This document shows, piece by piece, positions 23,647-38,162 of a DNA stretch of 64,000 bases. The stretch is from Octopus sinensis (lineage: Eukaryota): positions 135,718,001 through 135,782,000 of the forward strand of contig NC_043000.1 of NCBI RefSeq assembly GCF_006345805.1, read 5' to 3'. The notes under the pieces were generated by a model. The model did no database searches, was not told the origin of the DNA, and saw only the letters and a program-made list of their open reading frames with translations. Both the position numbers and the translations under genes were made by a program. Position 1 is the first letter of the stretch. Each line of letters starts with the position of its first letter.

Positions 23647-24537
23647 ACACATACACACACACACACGCGCACACACACACACCACACACACACACACACA
23701 CACAACACACACACCACCACACACAAACATTATATATATATATATATATATATATAATCACGCAGACATATATGCAAAGATTGCATAAATGTGTGTTTGT
23801 ATCATGCTCTACAGATCGTGCATCTGTTTATGTTATATTAGTATGTGAGAAATTACTTTTAAGTATATATTTGTATACACGCATACTTCTCTCTCTCTTT
23901 CTCTCCCTCTCTCTCCTTATATACATACATACATACACACACACAGACACACACACAGACATATATATATATATATGTATATATATTATATACATACATA
24001 CATACATGTATGTAGACATGCATACACGTATATATATATGTGTGTGCATGTGTGTATATTTGTGTGCGTGAGAGATAGTGTGTGTGTGTGCATGTGACAT
24101 CATTAAATGTGTCTGCATGTTGCTGGGAATATTATTCTTTACGTGGAACAGATCTGGCTATAAATATGGTAGGTAGCGGAGTCTTTATTTTAATTACAAC
24201 AAAGAAAATGTTTACATCCTTTGAAAAATAAAATGGGAAAGTCATCAATTATATTTGCATGTGTGTATGTGTGGGAGTGTATATGCGTATGCGTGTATAT
24301 CTACGTGTGTGTGTATGGTATTTGTGTCAGTGTCTGGGATTATACATATGGTTATATACACTATGTATGGCTGGTTGACTACACACCACGACACACATAC
24401 ACATACACACATATAAATATATATACATATATACATTATACATACATATATATATATATACATTCATGCAAGTGTGAGAGTGTGTGTGTATGAGCAAATG
24501 CATACGCATATACGCATATGTATATATATATATATAT

Positions 24538-24574
<37 letters not shown>

Positions 24575-24753
24575 GTATATATATATATGTATATGTATAT
24601 ATGCATATATATATATACATTATATGTTATATATATATATACATATATATATATACATATATGTATATACATATACATACATATATATATATACACACAC
24701 ATATATACATTTATATATATATATACATATATATACATTATATACATATATAT

Positions 24754-24799
<46 letters not shown>

Positions 24800-25458
24800 A
24801 AGACACATGTGTGCGTGTGTTATATATGTGCATACACATGAATATTTATATTATATATGTATGTATGTGAGTGTGTATGCGTGTGTCTATGTGTGTGTGA
24901 GTGTGTCTTTGTGTGAATGTATTTGGGTATATGTACTATATGTACGCGGGAGTTTATGTATATTTTCATGATGTATATAAATAAATATTTTTAGGGAAAC
25001 GACGTAAGTGAAGACATGCTCACGAGTCCCTATTTTACATACCCTTATATTTTATTTATACGATCTGCTTGTTAGCAAACGTTTACTTTACGTTTCTTTC
25101 AGATCCTTACATTTGTTCCTTATTAAGGGCCTTTCTGCTACGCTTGTTTCATTTACATGACCAACCACAAAGGTACCTACCCTGTTTGAAGTGTTACCTT
25201 ATTTAAATATATTCCTTTCTTTGATAATATTTTCACAATTCTCACCAAGAAAATATATATTTACACATACATAAATATATTTCTATATGTATATATGGAT
25301 ACATTTGTGTATGTGTTGGCATCCATACATTTATACATACATAAATATATACATACCTACATTATTATATATTTTCTTGGGGAAAATTGTGAAAATATTA
25401 TCAAAGAAAGGAATATATATACATATGTGTGTGTGTGTCTGGTGTGTATATATATATA

Positions 25459-25650
25459 AAGTTAATCCAAACAAGAAAGCACAAAAAAACACAACAAATA
25501 TAGTATTATTGGACGCTCAGGAAAGAAGGAAAGAAGGAGGGTTTAACGTTTCGAGCGGAGCTCTTCGTCGGAAACATAGGAGAAGGAAAAATCCAGAGAA
25601 GGGAAGACAGAGGAAAAAAATCGCCAACGGTACACACGAGGTCACATACA
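25459..25650 (-). mobile_element. PLE pLTR-like fragment with minimal HHR (25541-25575)
   Basis: GTTT-CCGACGA-A-GAGC-TCC-GCTC-GAAAC-GTT-AAAC; downstream TTCCTGAGCG..TAATAC shared with ~2086-2108; ends in (TA)n. Confidence 0.65.
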
Positions 25651-26632
25651 CACACAGATACATACACCAAACATATATATATATATACAAAATAGTTATA
25701 TATTACAGTAAAATCTACCTATAACAACAAATTCACAGTAAATTTTGCTTGAGTTAGTGCCTAAGTTATTGTCAAGTCTTCACATTTTTAGTCTTGACCC
25801 AATGCCTATTTTTTACATAATGAATTTGCTTACCATATATACTATTCTACTTTGCATAAAACTTTAGCTATATTGGTACTTCTGGATCATATTTTTTAAG
25901 TATTCTAGTGTGTCAATATTTTATCAAAATGATGGTACCTATTTTTAATTATAACGTTACTTTGCAAATTGAAGTCAAATGATTTTTAATATTCAAATTT
26001 TATCCTTAGCTGCAATATTTTAAGTAAAAATTTGTTTGTTCTGTACTTTACCAGATGTAATAAGTTGTCCTGAACTTTTCCACTTGTAATAACTTGTCCT
26101 GTACTTTTCCAGGTTTATAAATTTAAGAATATTATTTCTCTTGCTCGCATTTTCCCATGTAACCCATGTTTTTCCAGGCTTTGCTATTATGCTAATTAAT
26201 AATATGTCATTTTTTCTTCTATATTTAGCTTTTCTTCATTTCTTCTTCATCCAATTGATTACCCCTTTATCATAATTTTTATCCTTTTTTATTAATCCCA
26301 GGTCCCAAGTTCAATTCTACCCCACCAATAGCGAGTAACATTAAAATTAAAGCATGCAAGCGATATTTATTATAAAAAATTGAGTGCTTGCTATGTGTTA
26401 ATATATAGTTATTATTATTCGGGCCTTGTGCCTAGAGTGGATAAGAATATATATTGAAACTAATTTTTTAAAAATGCGCAAAAAGTATAATGTGATAATT
26501 CATCTTAGAAATATATTCTTAATTAATTAAAATTAATTCTAATATAAAGAATAGTTTCAAGATTTAAAAAAAACAACCTTTTATAAATTGCAGAAGAAAT
26601 CGTACTATGACCTATATAGTACCAAGCCAAGT

Positions 26633-26990
26633 CGTGGCACTCCGTCGGATACGACAACGAGGGTTCCAGTTGATCCGATCAACGGAACAGCCTGCTCGTG
26701 AAATTGACGTGCAAGTGGCTGAGCACTCCACAGACACGTGTACCCTTAACGTAGTTCTCGGGGATATTCAGCGCAACACAAGGCTGACCCTTTGAAATAC
26801 AGGTGCAACAGAAAGAAATTTGTAGTGAAAGAGCACAGCAGGGGTCGCCACCACCACCCCCTAACGGAGCCTCGTGGAGCTTTAGGTGTTTTCGATCAAT
26901 AAGCACTCACAACGCCCGGTCTGGGAATCGAAACTGCGATCCTACAACCTAGAGTCCGCTGCCCTAACCACTGGGCCATTGCACCTCCAA
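26633..26990 (-). mobile_element. SINE with family C head and a different 3' part
   Basis: GGAGGTGCAATGGCCCAGTGG...GTTTCGATTCCC head; 3' part has a degenerate homolog at ~55690-55880. Confidence 0.7.
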
Positions 26991-27573
26991 CAACAAGCCT
27001 AGTAAGAAGAAAGACAAATGAAGTGAAAAATAGAGCAATTAACAGGCAACTGATTAAAATGCGAATGTAATTAACTGTCAATGAAATTGTGAAAGTGAAA
27101 GATTTATGAGTATATTTAATTTAATGAGACGAAACCTATGAAATTCCTCGTGATGTCGTTGATAATTTTTCCCTTACCTCAATGATGCCCGTGGCATATA
27201 TAAAAGTCCCCTAAGAATAAAAAAAAGTGTAGAATTATATTATCACACTCAAATTAGAGAAGCAAACACTCAACTTTTTTTTTCCTTTTAGAACTTCATT
27301 GTATGAGATTGATACCATGAAATTCCTCGAATTGAGCTCTATCATTTAAACTTAATTAAAATATAGTTTGTTTTTAAAATTAAACAAAAAGTGATTTATA
27401 CTTAAATCCAATGTTTCGCCTTATTTATATTTTTTCGTGATATTTTACCTCACAACTTTTTTGATACAAACTTTTGTTGCATGGGACAAAACTATGAAAT
27501 TTTTCACGCTTTCTTCTATCATTGAAGCTAAGATGAATATATTTTTCTTTTAAAATTAAAAAGATATTTAGAT

Positions 27574-27759
27574 AGGCGCAGGAGTGGCTGTGTGGTAAGT
27601 AGCTTGCTAACCAACCACATGGTTCCGGGTTCAGTCCCATAGCGTGGCATCTTGGGCAAGTGTCTTCTGCTATAGCTCCGGGCCGACCAATGCCTTGTGA
27701 GTGGATTTGGTAGACGGAAGCTGAAAGAAGCCCGTCGTATATATATATATATATATATA

Positions 27760-27791
<32 letters not shown>

Positions 27792-27997
27792 GTCTGTGTT
27801 TGTCCCCCTAGCATTGCTTGAAAACCGATGCTGGTGTGTTTACGTCCCCGTCACCTAGCGGTTCGGCAAAAAAGAGACAGATAGAATAAGTACTGGGCTT
27901 ACAAAGAATAAGTCTCCCGGGGTCGATTTGCTCGACTAAAGGTGGTGCTCCAGCATGGCCGCAGTCAAATGACTGAAACAAGTAAAAGAGTAAAATA
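27574..27997 (+). mobile_element. SINE family A
   Basis: Homologous to other copies. Confidence 0.85.
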
Positions 27998-30900
27998 GAT
28001 CTAAACTTGACTTATGGCGTTACTTACGCTCCTATAACGTCGCTACAAATTTTGATGTAAACTTTTTTCTACTGGACTAAATCTCAATTTCTTTATGCCA
28101 AAATGTAGCTAGGTACCATTCCTCTTCAAAAATGTCAATGGTATTCCATTTAGTTAAGAACTGAATTAGCGACAAGCATTAAAAGATGCTGCGTGTGAGA
28201 AAATCGCGGCTTTAAGAATATTATTCAAATACGGCAGTAGTTGAATGATATATTAAAAACATGCATGTACGCATTTGAACGCCCACATACGCAATGAATG
28301 GTTTTTCATATTACTTAAATCGCGTATATGTCAATTTACATGTTGTACACATTCTCAACTGACTAACGAATATAAGACCACTGGGTCTTTCTTATGGGAT
28401 ATATACCGGATTACCTTCTCAAGCTATTTAATTAAATGGTTAAGAATTTCTTGCAGACTACATCCCAAATTAGAATGTTGGAGTTGTACTTTAGCAAGAA
28501 TCTACAAAGTTTTAATTCAGTATTCAATGTCTGCTGAATTAGAGTTTGATTGCATTCCACGTCTGTTGTAAGTAAGTTATGAGAAAGAGGCTGAACAATT
28601 ACAAAAGGTTTACTTACTCCAAGATTAATTACTTACGTTGATCTTAGAAACCCAGACTGAATTATTTCGTACTACGCCCATGTTGATTGATAGATTTATG
28701 CATATACAATATATTACTTCGAGATAAACTAAAATATGTTTCTCCATTATTCCCGCTTTTCTTGCTTTTTTTTTCCTACCTTTTTAACCTATTTGTCTTT
28801 CTGAAGAAAAATTTAATCCCGAAAGTCAAAGGCACTTCTATTTCCTTCCATTTCCTTAAGCAAAAGTCTGATGGTTGCACATTGTTTTCACTTTGACTTT
28901 CATGTTAATTTCGTCGTTATTAATTTCCCATATTATATATATATATATATATATAATATATATATAATATATATATATATATAATATATATATATATATA
29001 TACATACATACATACATACATACATACATACATACTACATACATACATACATACATACATACATACATACATACATACATGCATACATACATACATACAT
29101 ACACAGAGATATACATCTAGATAAACACCAACACACCAACACACACACATATATCTATACACACACATTTAAAAAATTAAAGTCTGTCACGAGCCTACTA
29201 ATCAATATACCAGAGCTTATTCCAGTTTCAATCGCATCTAAATAAATGAAGTTCCAAGATTCTGAAGCGGGCCTCCATCAGTCGCTTCGCTGCCACTAGT
29301 ATTTATTTTCAGTCGAGTGAACTGAAGCAGGGACACTTCAGACTGCTCGTTCCAAAAATTGAACCTACGACCCAACGATCGTGAAGGCAACACTTCTATG
29401 ACAAAATTCTGCAGAATGAAGCTATACACGTCAAATTTTTATTAGTACACATAATCCACTCCCTATATATATCACGGAGACAAAAGACGTCTACTGGTTT
29501 ATTTATACTTAGCATTTGAGTGACTTCAGCGGAGTCTATTTTGTTACAAATATTCAGACCAGGACTTCGATCTCACAATAAATTGATGTTTTCGTCCACT
29601 GCTTCCTACAGCAGCAGTCATTAAGTCGTGCTTTCTTCCTAAATGTCTCCCAACCAGTTTCAGAAGCCCAGGATTGTCTCATTCGATGCTTTTTCTCTAC
29701 TAGCTAAAGCACTGAAATACCCTTTCTCTTTTGAATACAGGCATACATACATACATATATACGCATCTGCATACATATAAAATATGTATGTAAGTATGTA
29801 TATATATGTGTGTATACGAGTGTGTAAATGCATAGTCTATTAGCTATAGAATTTAAATTACTCTAAACTGTAATGTTTCATATACTTTAAAAAGTTGTGC
29901 CGGATGTTGTAGATGTCATACCATTTTTGGATAATATGGTTTTTAAAAAAGTCTTTGGTTTAATTATACATCAATAAACGTTATATAAATTATTGCTGTC
30001 TTCAGATTCTTATCACTAGGTTTATGTTGCCAATAATGAAAAAAAAAACACTATCTAATTTGGGTTTATTTATATGAATGTGAGTTAATGTATTTACACA
30101 TGTGTGCATTCACACAAACATACATTATGAAACACTCCGTCAGTTCATCTAGCCTCGGATATTTGTCTCGCCTGTTTGAAAGTCGATTAAATCCAACCAT
30201 AGTACTTGACTAGTTAGTACTTTACTTTATCAATACCCGGATGTGGGTGATAAAATAAAGAACTAGTCAAATACTGTGGATTAGTACTTGTCCTATATAT
30301 CAGAACTTTGTATTAGTAGATGTCTAACATAAGTAAACTGCCAAAAAGTTTGAGATAAAGGTATAAAGGAATACATCGACCCAATGTGTTTGTCATAGTG
30401 TGTCGATTTATTTGTTTCCGTCTCTCCCAGAAGGGTGAAAGGAATTCCAAACTTGATTTCGGCGAGAATTTGAACTTAGACGCAAGGTGACGTAATTAAA
30501 TTTTGCAAGCCTAAACCTCTAACTAATCTGCTAATACACCACCGTTATATTATTAAGCTTCACTTGCTGGGACTTGAACTCAGAACGTAAAGAACTATCT
30601 CTGAATATCACAAGTCGTTTTGTCCGACACTTTAATGATTAAGTCAACCCACCACCTTTGTGATCTTTATATGAGCTTTTGATTTCTTTCTTTTGACTTG
30701 AGCCTTGAAAGTAGACGAGGTAAGCTTATGGACAGCCGATTAGAGCCCAGATTTTTGTTGCATGTGTTCAACTCCAAGTCGGCCCTGACTGAACAGACTT
30801 GATCAAATACTTTCCTGATTTATTCTAAACCTGAGATACCTTTTCTAGTATATATTTTCTTTAGTCGTTAAAGTAGTTGTATGGTAGAGTCGTTAGATCG

Positions 30901-31879
30901 TCGAATAGAATGGCTTACTATCTATCCCCTGAGTTCAAACCCCGGTGAAGCCTTCCGGGAATCGATAAATACAATACCAGCCCAATGTTAGCATAGTATC
31001 TTTCTCTGTAGCTATCATGTCCAGGATGATTCACTAGATTAAGACCGGAAGGATCGAAATAGTGTTTATTATATGTGCTTCTGACTACATGATCATCTAA
31101 AGCAAATAGCGAAGCATGGGATGTTACCAAGTTATTCTCAAATGTGAATAAGATGTGATTTCAAAGCTGTTTTGCTGCCATTTCTAGCAGATCAAGCGAT
31201 CACATACAGTCTCTTTCATTAGCTCACGATCCAATTTTGATTACTAACAGCAACAACTTTTCCATCATTAAAATACTTTGAAATATTATGACTATGAGAG
31301 TTATCCATTTCTCTTCCGCCATAAATTTAAGTGTGTTGGCAGAATCATTAGAGCGTCGAACAAAATGCGTTCTGTATTTATTTATGAGAATATATTTTCT
31401 GAGTTCAATTTTAGCTATCGTCTTCCTGAGGTCGATTTGATCGGTTTACTATTCCTTTAAAACATAATTGGTGTAAATGGAATTATAACAAAAGCCTGAA
31501 ACTAAGACGTTATACCTACTGCAGGCATCAAACTTCTAAATAAAGAAATAAAGATGAACCGAAGAAAGATTAAAAAACTATCAAATCTTTATATCCAACA
31601 CGAGCCATCATAAACAACCTCACCTTATATGGCAAAATAACAATTCTGATCTTAGATACAATACATCTAGAAAAGGAAAAGAGAACAAAGGATATGAGGT
31701 TATCACAGCTGGAGTGTTTTTGCTCATATTGTCCATAAAATCTGAGCTGACCGAGGGTTAAACAACAACAACAACAAGATCAACTTCAAGTAATATATTT
31801 CTATTTTAACATGAAGGAAACTCTCCCATCAAATTCTTTTCCACACAAAGAGACACTGAAAACATAAGAAACACACCTT

Positions 31880-32190
31880 GTACTTGACCTATCTTAACCT
31901 CTTCTTTTCATCAGACATCAGAAAAGCAATAGAGAAACGCAAGCTCTGAAAGGCCTCGGGGGCTTGCCAAAATCACAAGTTGCACCTAATATCTGGAACC
32001 CGACGGAATTATTGCACTCACTAACATCTTTAACTACCCATAAATTACCCGCCGCCAAATCCCCTTGAAACTAAATACCGAGCAGATTATAGCAATTCTG
32101 AAACCAAACGAAACCCTAACCTAAGTAGTATCGTACATACTCATCACTTCCTATGCACACCCACCGTATATATAATCGAGGATTTACTAC
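31880..32190 (+). pseudogene. Ancient LINE RT remnant
   Basis: GIIALTNIFN...IP...IIAILKPN resembles early RT domains; stops and frameshifts present. Confidence 0.5.
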
Positions 32191-32902
32191 ATCACCAGCG
32201 ACAATAACAACAACAACAACAATAACGAAACAATGCTTTCTTTCGAAATATTATTTTATCCTTTAATAGTTTAGTCGGCCATATCGATCCCTATTCTTAA
32301 GGCTTCGTTTTTATTTTCTCGATATCTATTTGTCAAACCACTAAGTTACATAAAGATACGCATTAAAATGTCTTCTTTTACACTGCTTTTAAACATAAGC
32401 ACAGTCTCTCTCTATCTTCCCCTCTCTCACACACACATACATACACGCGCGCATAAATTCATACGCACACAACCCCCCACCCACACACACACACACACAC
32501 ACACGCATTCGAGCACGTACCTTAGATAGTCCTAACTCTCAACTCTTATCAGTCCATTCTTCTATCAACAGCTGGCTAGCGGCTCCTTTTATGTTTATAA
32601 GCATGTACTTTACGTATGCGTGCATGCGTATGTCAGAATATATCTTCGTATGTGAGAGGAAAGTTTTTTCTATATCCTTCCTTCAAAATCAACCGTATGT
32701 AAGAGTTTGTACGTGTGCTTGTACATTCGTCAATCCTTCTTCTTCACGCTGTTTTTCTCTATAGACACCGACAAAACAATTGACTTTTAAGTTCAACAAA
32801 TCTTGTGTCATCGTCTATCCAACGTCACGACGAGATGACTTTACCTACCATCCGATATTTCATTGTCTTAACAAAAGGTTATACATTGGGGAAACTCTAG
32901 AT

Positions 32903-33228
32903 TACGGGTTCTCAACCATTTTTTATCAATGGACCGCTTTGTTTACTATTTTATTCGGGTAGACCCCACCCCCCATAGCCATTCAATGTTTAAATTCTAG
33001 TTTTATAAAAACTACTTTCAAAATTCATATTTTGTTTTACCGACATTCATTTATGTAGGTTACCTAACTGTTTCTTGCAATATATACCAATAATATATCT
33101 AGAGCAAAATTATCTCAGGGGCTCTTATTATACTGTTAAGGATCCCAAATTTGCTGTTGTGTTACGTTGACCCCCAAAATTTTATATGAACACTCAGAGG
33201 TCATATGGACCACCATTGAAAACCACTG
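32903..33228. mobile_element. hAT (Charlie-like) MITE
   Basis: Imperfect TIRs TACGGGTTCTCAAC / ATTGAAAACCACTG; flanks CTCTAGAT / CTCTGGAG. Confidence 0.65.
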
Positions 33229-33280
33229 CTCTGGAGTAATAGGCTACTTATTGGTTCAACCTAAATAAACTTCTACACAT

Positions 33281-33689
33281 AGGCGTAGGAGTGGCTGTGT
33301 GGTGAGTAGCTTGTTTACCAACCACATGGTTCCGGGTTCAGTCCCACTGCGTGGCACCTTGGGCAAGTGTCTTCTACTATAGCCTCGGGCCGACCAAAGC
33401 CTTGTGAGTGGATTTGGTAGACGGAAACTGGAAGAAGCTCGTCGTATATATGTATATATATATATGCATGTGTGTGTTTGTGTGTCTGTGTTTGTCCCCC
33501 TAGCATTGCTTGACAACCGGTGCTGGTGTGTTTATGTCCCCGTTACTTAGCGGTTCGGCAAAAGAGACCGATAGAATAAGTACTGGGCTTACAAAAAGAA
33601 TAAGTCCCGGGGTCGAGTTGCTCGATTAAAGGTGGTGCTCCAGCATGGCCGCAGTCAAATGACTGAAACAAGTAAAAGAGTAAAAGAGT
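33281..33689 (+). mobile_element. SINE family A
   Basis: Homologous to other copies. Confidence 0.85.
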
Positions 33690-34358
33690 ATACACTACAT
33701 AGAATTGTATACATTTTCCCGTTCGTTAGTAGCAATATATAAGTATATATCCGTATAGTTTTTGTTTGCCTCCACACATACATACATACATACATACATA
33801 CATACATACATACATACATACATACATACATACATACATACATACATACATACATACTTACATACATAATTCAAACGTTAGGTGTGACAGAGTAAACATT
33901 TTTAGGATCGTCGTTAATGTTGTATATAAATGACAAAAGTATGTTACCAAGTTTATGAACTGGAATAACTCAAAGAGCTGAGTTTTCCAGTGAAGGAATA
34001 AGGTGGAGTACAGAAAATATTCAGCCAACCGCGACGAATATTTTCGTCGGAAGTAGAAACTAGAACTGGGACACTCGAGATTGAAATAGCTCCGTGTAAT
34101 AAAGTTTACGAGAGACTCGTTTGTTTAATCCGAAATCCCTTGAGTCTTAATCTGAATGAAGGGTGTATTTACAAATACACAGACACATCGACACACCACA
34201 CGTATACACACAAACAAAGATTAAAAAACAAACAAACAGATTCACATATGTGCACATAGATAATGTTTATTAATACACCCACACATATACATTTACATGT
34301 AGGTATATATTATGTACGTATATGTATATGTATGTATGTATGTATGTATATATATATA

Positions 34359-34411
<53 letters not shown>

Positions 34412-34509
34412 GAGCGTGCGGGAGAAGTAGGATGGAAAGAAACAGACCAACTACATAGATTGCTAGATATATAGACAGAGAAGATATTTCCAGTGATATA
34501 TGTATGTGT

Positions 34510-34564
<55 letters not shown>

Positions 34565-34913
34565 GTGTGTGTGTGTGTGTGTGTGTGTGTGTTGTGTGTG
34601 TGCATACACACACACACACTCACACACATATATATACACATAGTTATAGATAGATAGATAGATAGATAGATAGACAGATAGATACATATGTATATGTATA
34701 CACATATACATATGTGTAAAAGCAAAACTACCCATATTCACACGCATTTATATGTAGATACACACAATATATACATCTCAGTTTATGTTTTGTGCGTATA
34801 GAGTAGAGGTTGTGTTAATGTGAGGGTTATTAAGTTATAAAGACATAAAATTCAACAAGCATTTGCTATAAAGAATCATCTACTATAAGTAGGGATAAAT
34901 TTATTATATATAT

Positions 34914-35129
34914 TCTTTTCTACGCTAGGTACAAGGCCCGAAATTTTGGTGGAGGGGGGGCAGTCGATTAGATGGACCGCAGTACGCAACTGGTACTTAA
35001 TTTATCGACCCTGAAAGGATGAAAGGTAAAGTCGACATCGGCGGAATTTGAACTCAGAATTCAAAGACAGACGAAATGCTGTTAAGCATTTCGCCCGGTG
35101 TGCTAACATTTCTGCCAGCTCGCCGCCTT
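34914..35129 (-). mobile_element. SINE family B variant with TSD
   Basis: Nin-like domain; TAAATTTATTATATATAT on both sides. Confidence 0.8.
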
Positions 35130-35159
35130 AAATTTATTATATATATATTGAGTTGACTA

Positions 35160-35745
35160 AGATCTCATCTTTCGCATTAAAGTGGCCATTCTAGGGATGT
35201 TACAGTTTCAGATGTGCGAGCAGCAATCTAAAGTAGTTCTCACATAAGCTTTGTAGTTTTAAGGGACGAAATATCTTCTGGCTCTGCAGATAAAGCCCCA
35301 TGTCTTAGTGATAGAGTATTTGTCTTACTAGAGATAAGCTTTCGCCTGGAAGGAAGCTTTCCAGTAAGAGTAAAGCTTTGCATTTGAAGCAATTGTGAGA
35401 TTTCTTGAACGAATGCTGTTCAAGCAAATGGGGGCAGTGCGGTAGTGCTTTCTTGATATGTGCAGTGTTTGTGTCTATTTGTCACTGAAGAGAATGCGAT
35501 TACTACCCACCTGCTCCACCGTTGGAGAATATATATGATGTCTTCGTACTGGAAGTCAATACAGGTGTGTGTGGAGAGTGTGTGATGGAAAGAGGATCGT
35601 TGATATATAAGAGGAAGAGCGTGAAGGACAAACCCGAATGCTTGGACACACATGAATTGTTAGACGGTAGATGAAAGTGTGCTGCTTTCAGAATAGTCTG
35701 ATAGGAACCTGAGATTCAAAAGACGAAGATAGATGGAACCCACAC
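35160..35745 (-). pseudogene. Ancient LINE RT remnant
   Basis: NSCVSKHSGLSFTLFLLYINDP resembles GVPQGSVLSPTLFLLYINDL. Confidence 0.5.
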
Positions 35746-35754
35746 ATGTAAAGT

Positions 35755-36024
35755 TTTACATTATTTACATTATTTACAATTGACGAATATTTGTCTTCAT
35801 CTTGTTTGTTGTTAACACAACGTTTCGGCTGATATACCCTCCATCCTTCAACAGGTGTCTTGGGGGAAATTTCGAACCTGGGTTCTCATTCCTAAGGTAT
35901 TTTTCGATGTTGTTGTTGTTGTTGTTATTATTATTATTATTATTATTATTAGTCATGTCACTGCCTGGAATCGAACTCGGAATCTTGGGGTTAATAGCCC
36001 GCGCTCTTAAGCACTACGCCATAT
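35755..36024 (-). mobile_element. tRNA-headed SINE-like element with HHR-bearing 3' part
   Basis: A box TGGCGTAGTG, B box GAGTTCGATTCC, (AAT/AAC)n linker, HHR at 35815-35858, (AATGTAAAT)n end. Confidence 0.6.
35815..35858 (-). ncRNA. Minimal type I hammerhead motif (mutated core)
   Basis: ACAC-CTGTTGA-A-GGAT...AGCC-GAAAC-GTT-GTGT. Confidence 0.6.
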
Positions 36025-37867
36025 ATCAGTCGAAAAGTTTGCTGATGTTGAGGACAATATGACTGCTTTCAAAAATTCCTCAAAATAGGTTATGACTGAG
36101 TACTGGATCGATTAGATCCAGTGCCCAGTCTCTGCCTCTTTCTCAAGGATTTTGTCTTGTAAGAAAGTAAGAAATCTTAATTTTATTGCCCCAGAAAGAT
36201 AAAAGCCAAAGTTGATACTGAGATTTGAACACTGTGTAATAAAAGTAATGGCGGCAAGAAAAATATACGAAGGAAAAACAAAAACGGTAACTTAAATTGT
36301 AATTTGCTTTCTTAGTCCGCTCTATAAACTGTATGTTTAATGACAATGTCTATGGCAATTCAGTTAAATGTTCAAGAGATAAAAAGCTGTGTATTCGTGA
36401 TGTAATTAGAATTGAATATAACCGGAAGTTACTCAAGTATATAAAAATCGAAATCAGAATAGGAATAAAATATAGTGAAGAAGCAGTATTTTCATTAACG
36501 ATTGGTATTTATCAGAAGTGTATGCCTTATCGTGTTTTCCAAAAATGTTTATCATTCGACCATGACGTCTCCGTTGCTTTAGAAATGTTGAGTCAAGTAT
36601 TTTTGCTCACACACATATAATGTAGGTATATATACATACAAACATACACACACACACACACATATGTATGTACGTATGTATGCATGTATGTGTGTATGTT
36701 CTTTTTACTTTTGCTGACTATGACCGTGATAGATCTTCGCCGCTATCAGATTTTACATTCTCATAGTTATCACAGTACGCATATACAGAAGTTAAACGTC
36801 GACTTATTGAATATTCTATGCAAAACATCTCCATGTCGAAAAAAATGGAAGAAAAACAAAGCTACAAATGTTAGCGACTTAAAAAAAAAGGGGGTGCAAA
36901 TAATTTCAAGAAAATAAAACAATATCTGCATGCTAAGTAGAAGGCAAATTCAATTCTACTTTCTTCTTTTTTTTTCTTTTTTGCATCCAAGAGATGGCGA
37001 TGAACATATTTCGGTCTCTGAGGCCTAATTATGGTCTCATGAAGCCTGTTAATTAATTCATATAGATTTTTACGCATATCAAAGGACTTTTGGTAAGTAC
37101 AATATATTTCTAGGAATTAGCCCCCCCTTTCTTTGACAGTCACTGGCTTCGTGTTTTCCTTTCCCACCTGTGAAGTAAGTTTCAATTAAGAAATTTGGGA
37201 GTACGATAATTATATATATATTTAGTATGGGGAACGTTCTTCTGTGGCTTTTTTCTTCGCCATATTGTCGTTGATTTATACAGATCAAGACCAAGAGACG
37301 AGAGGAAATCGCTGCAGCTTAGTGATATCCAGCAAGATGGTTACCCAAATCTAACAGTTACCATCAAACATCTGCAAAAAATAGGTTTCTTAAAGAGGTT
37401 CCCGTTTACCAGAATATTAATTAAAAAATTATTAATCATGCATTAGTTTATGGTTCTACGCCAAAAAAGGCATCACTTTCAAAGTTTGCATTTCATAACA
37501 AGAGTTTTACTAAATGCATACTTATGACTGGTATTCTTCTATGTTGTTCTCAAAAAAATATTCGTCATGTGCGTAATCCTATATTTGAATTATCAATGTG
37601 TAGGTAAAATATGTATAGGTTTATTTCAGTTTTATATGCAAGGTTAAAAAATATGCATAGTGTTAAAACTTTAGAGACATTCTTACACACACATGCATTC
37701 ATACGCAAACATGCATGTATCATATATACATATATACATATAAACACACACACACGGAAAGACAGAGCGATAAACTGACAAACGTGCACACATACTCACA
37801 GACAGACAAATGTGCATACATACATACATACATACAAATACATATATACTTATATACATACAAACAT

Positions 37868-38162
37868 CCGTCGTATATATACACACACACACACACCACA
37901 CACACACACTCACACATATGTATATATATATATATATACATATACGTGTGTGTGTGTGTGTACGCTTGTATGTCTGTGTTTGTCGCTCGCCTACCATCTC
38001 TTGACAACCGATGCTGATGTGTTTACGTACCTGTAACTTAGCGGCTCGGCAAAGAGACCGATAGAATAAGTACTAGTCCTACAAAGAATAAGGCCTGTGT
38101 CGATTTGTTCGACTGCAGCATGGCCACAGTCAAATGACTGAAACAAATAAAAGAGTAAAAGA
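37868..38162 (+). mobile_element. SINE family A, 3' half
   Basis: Internal microsatellite plus tail. Confidence 0.75.
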
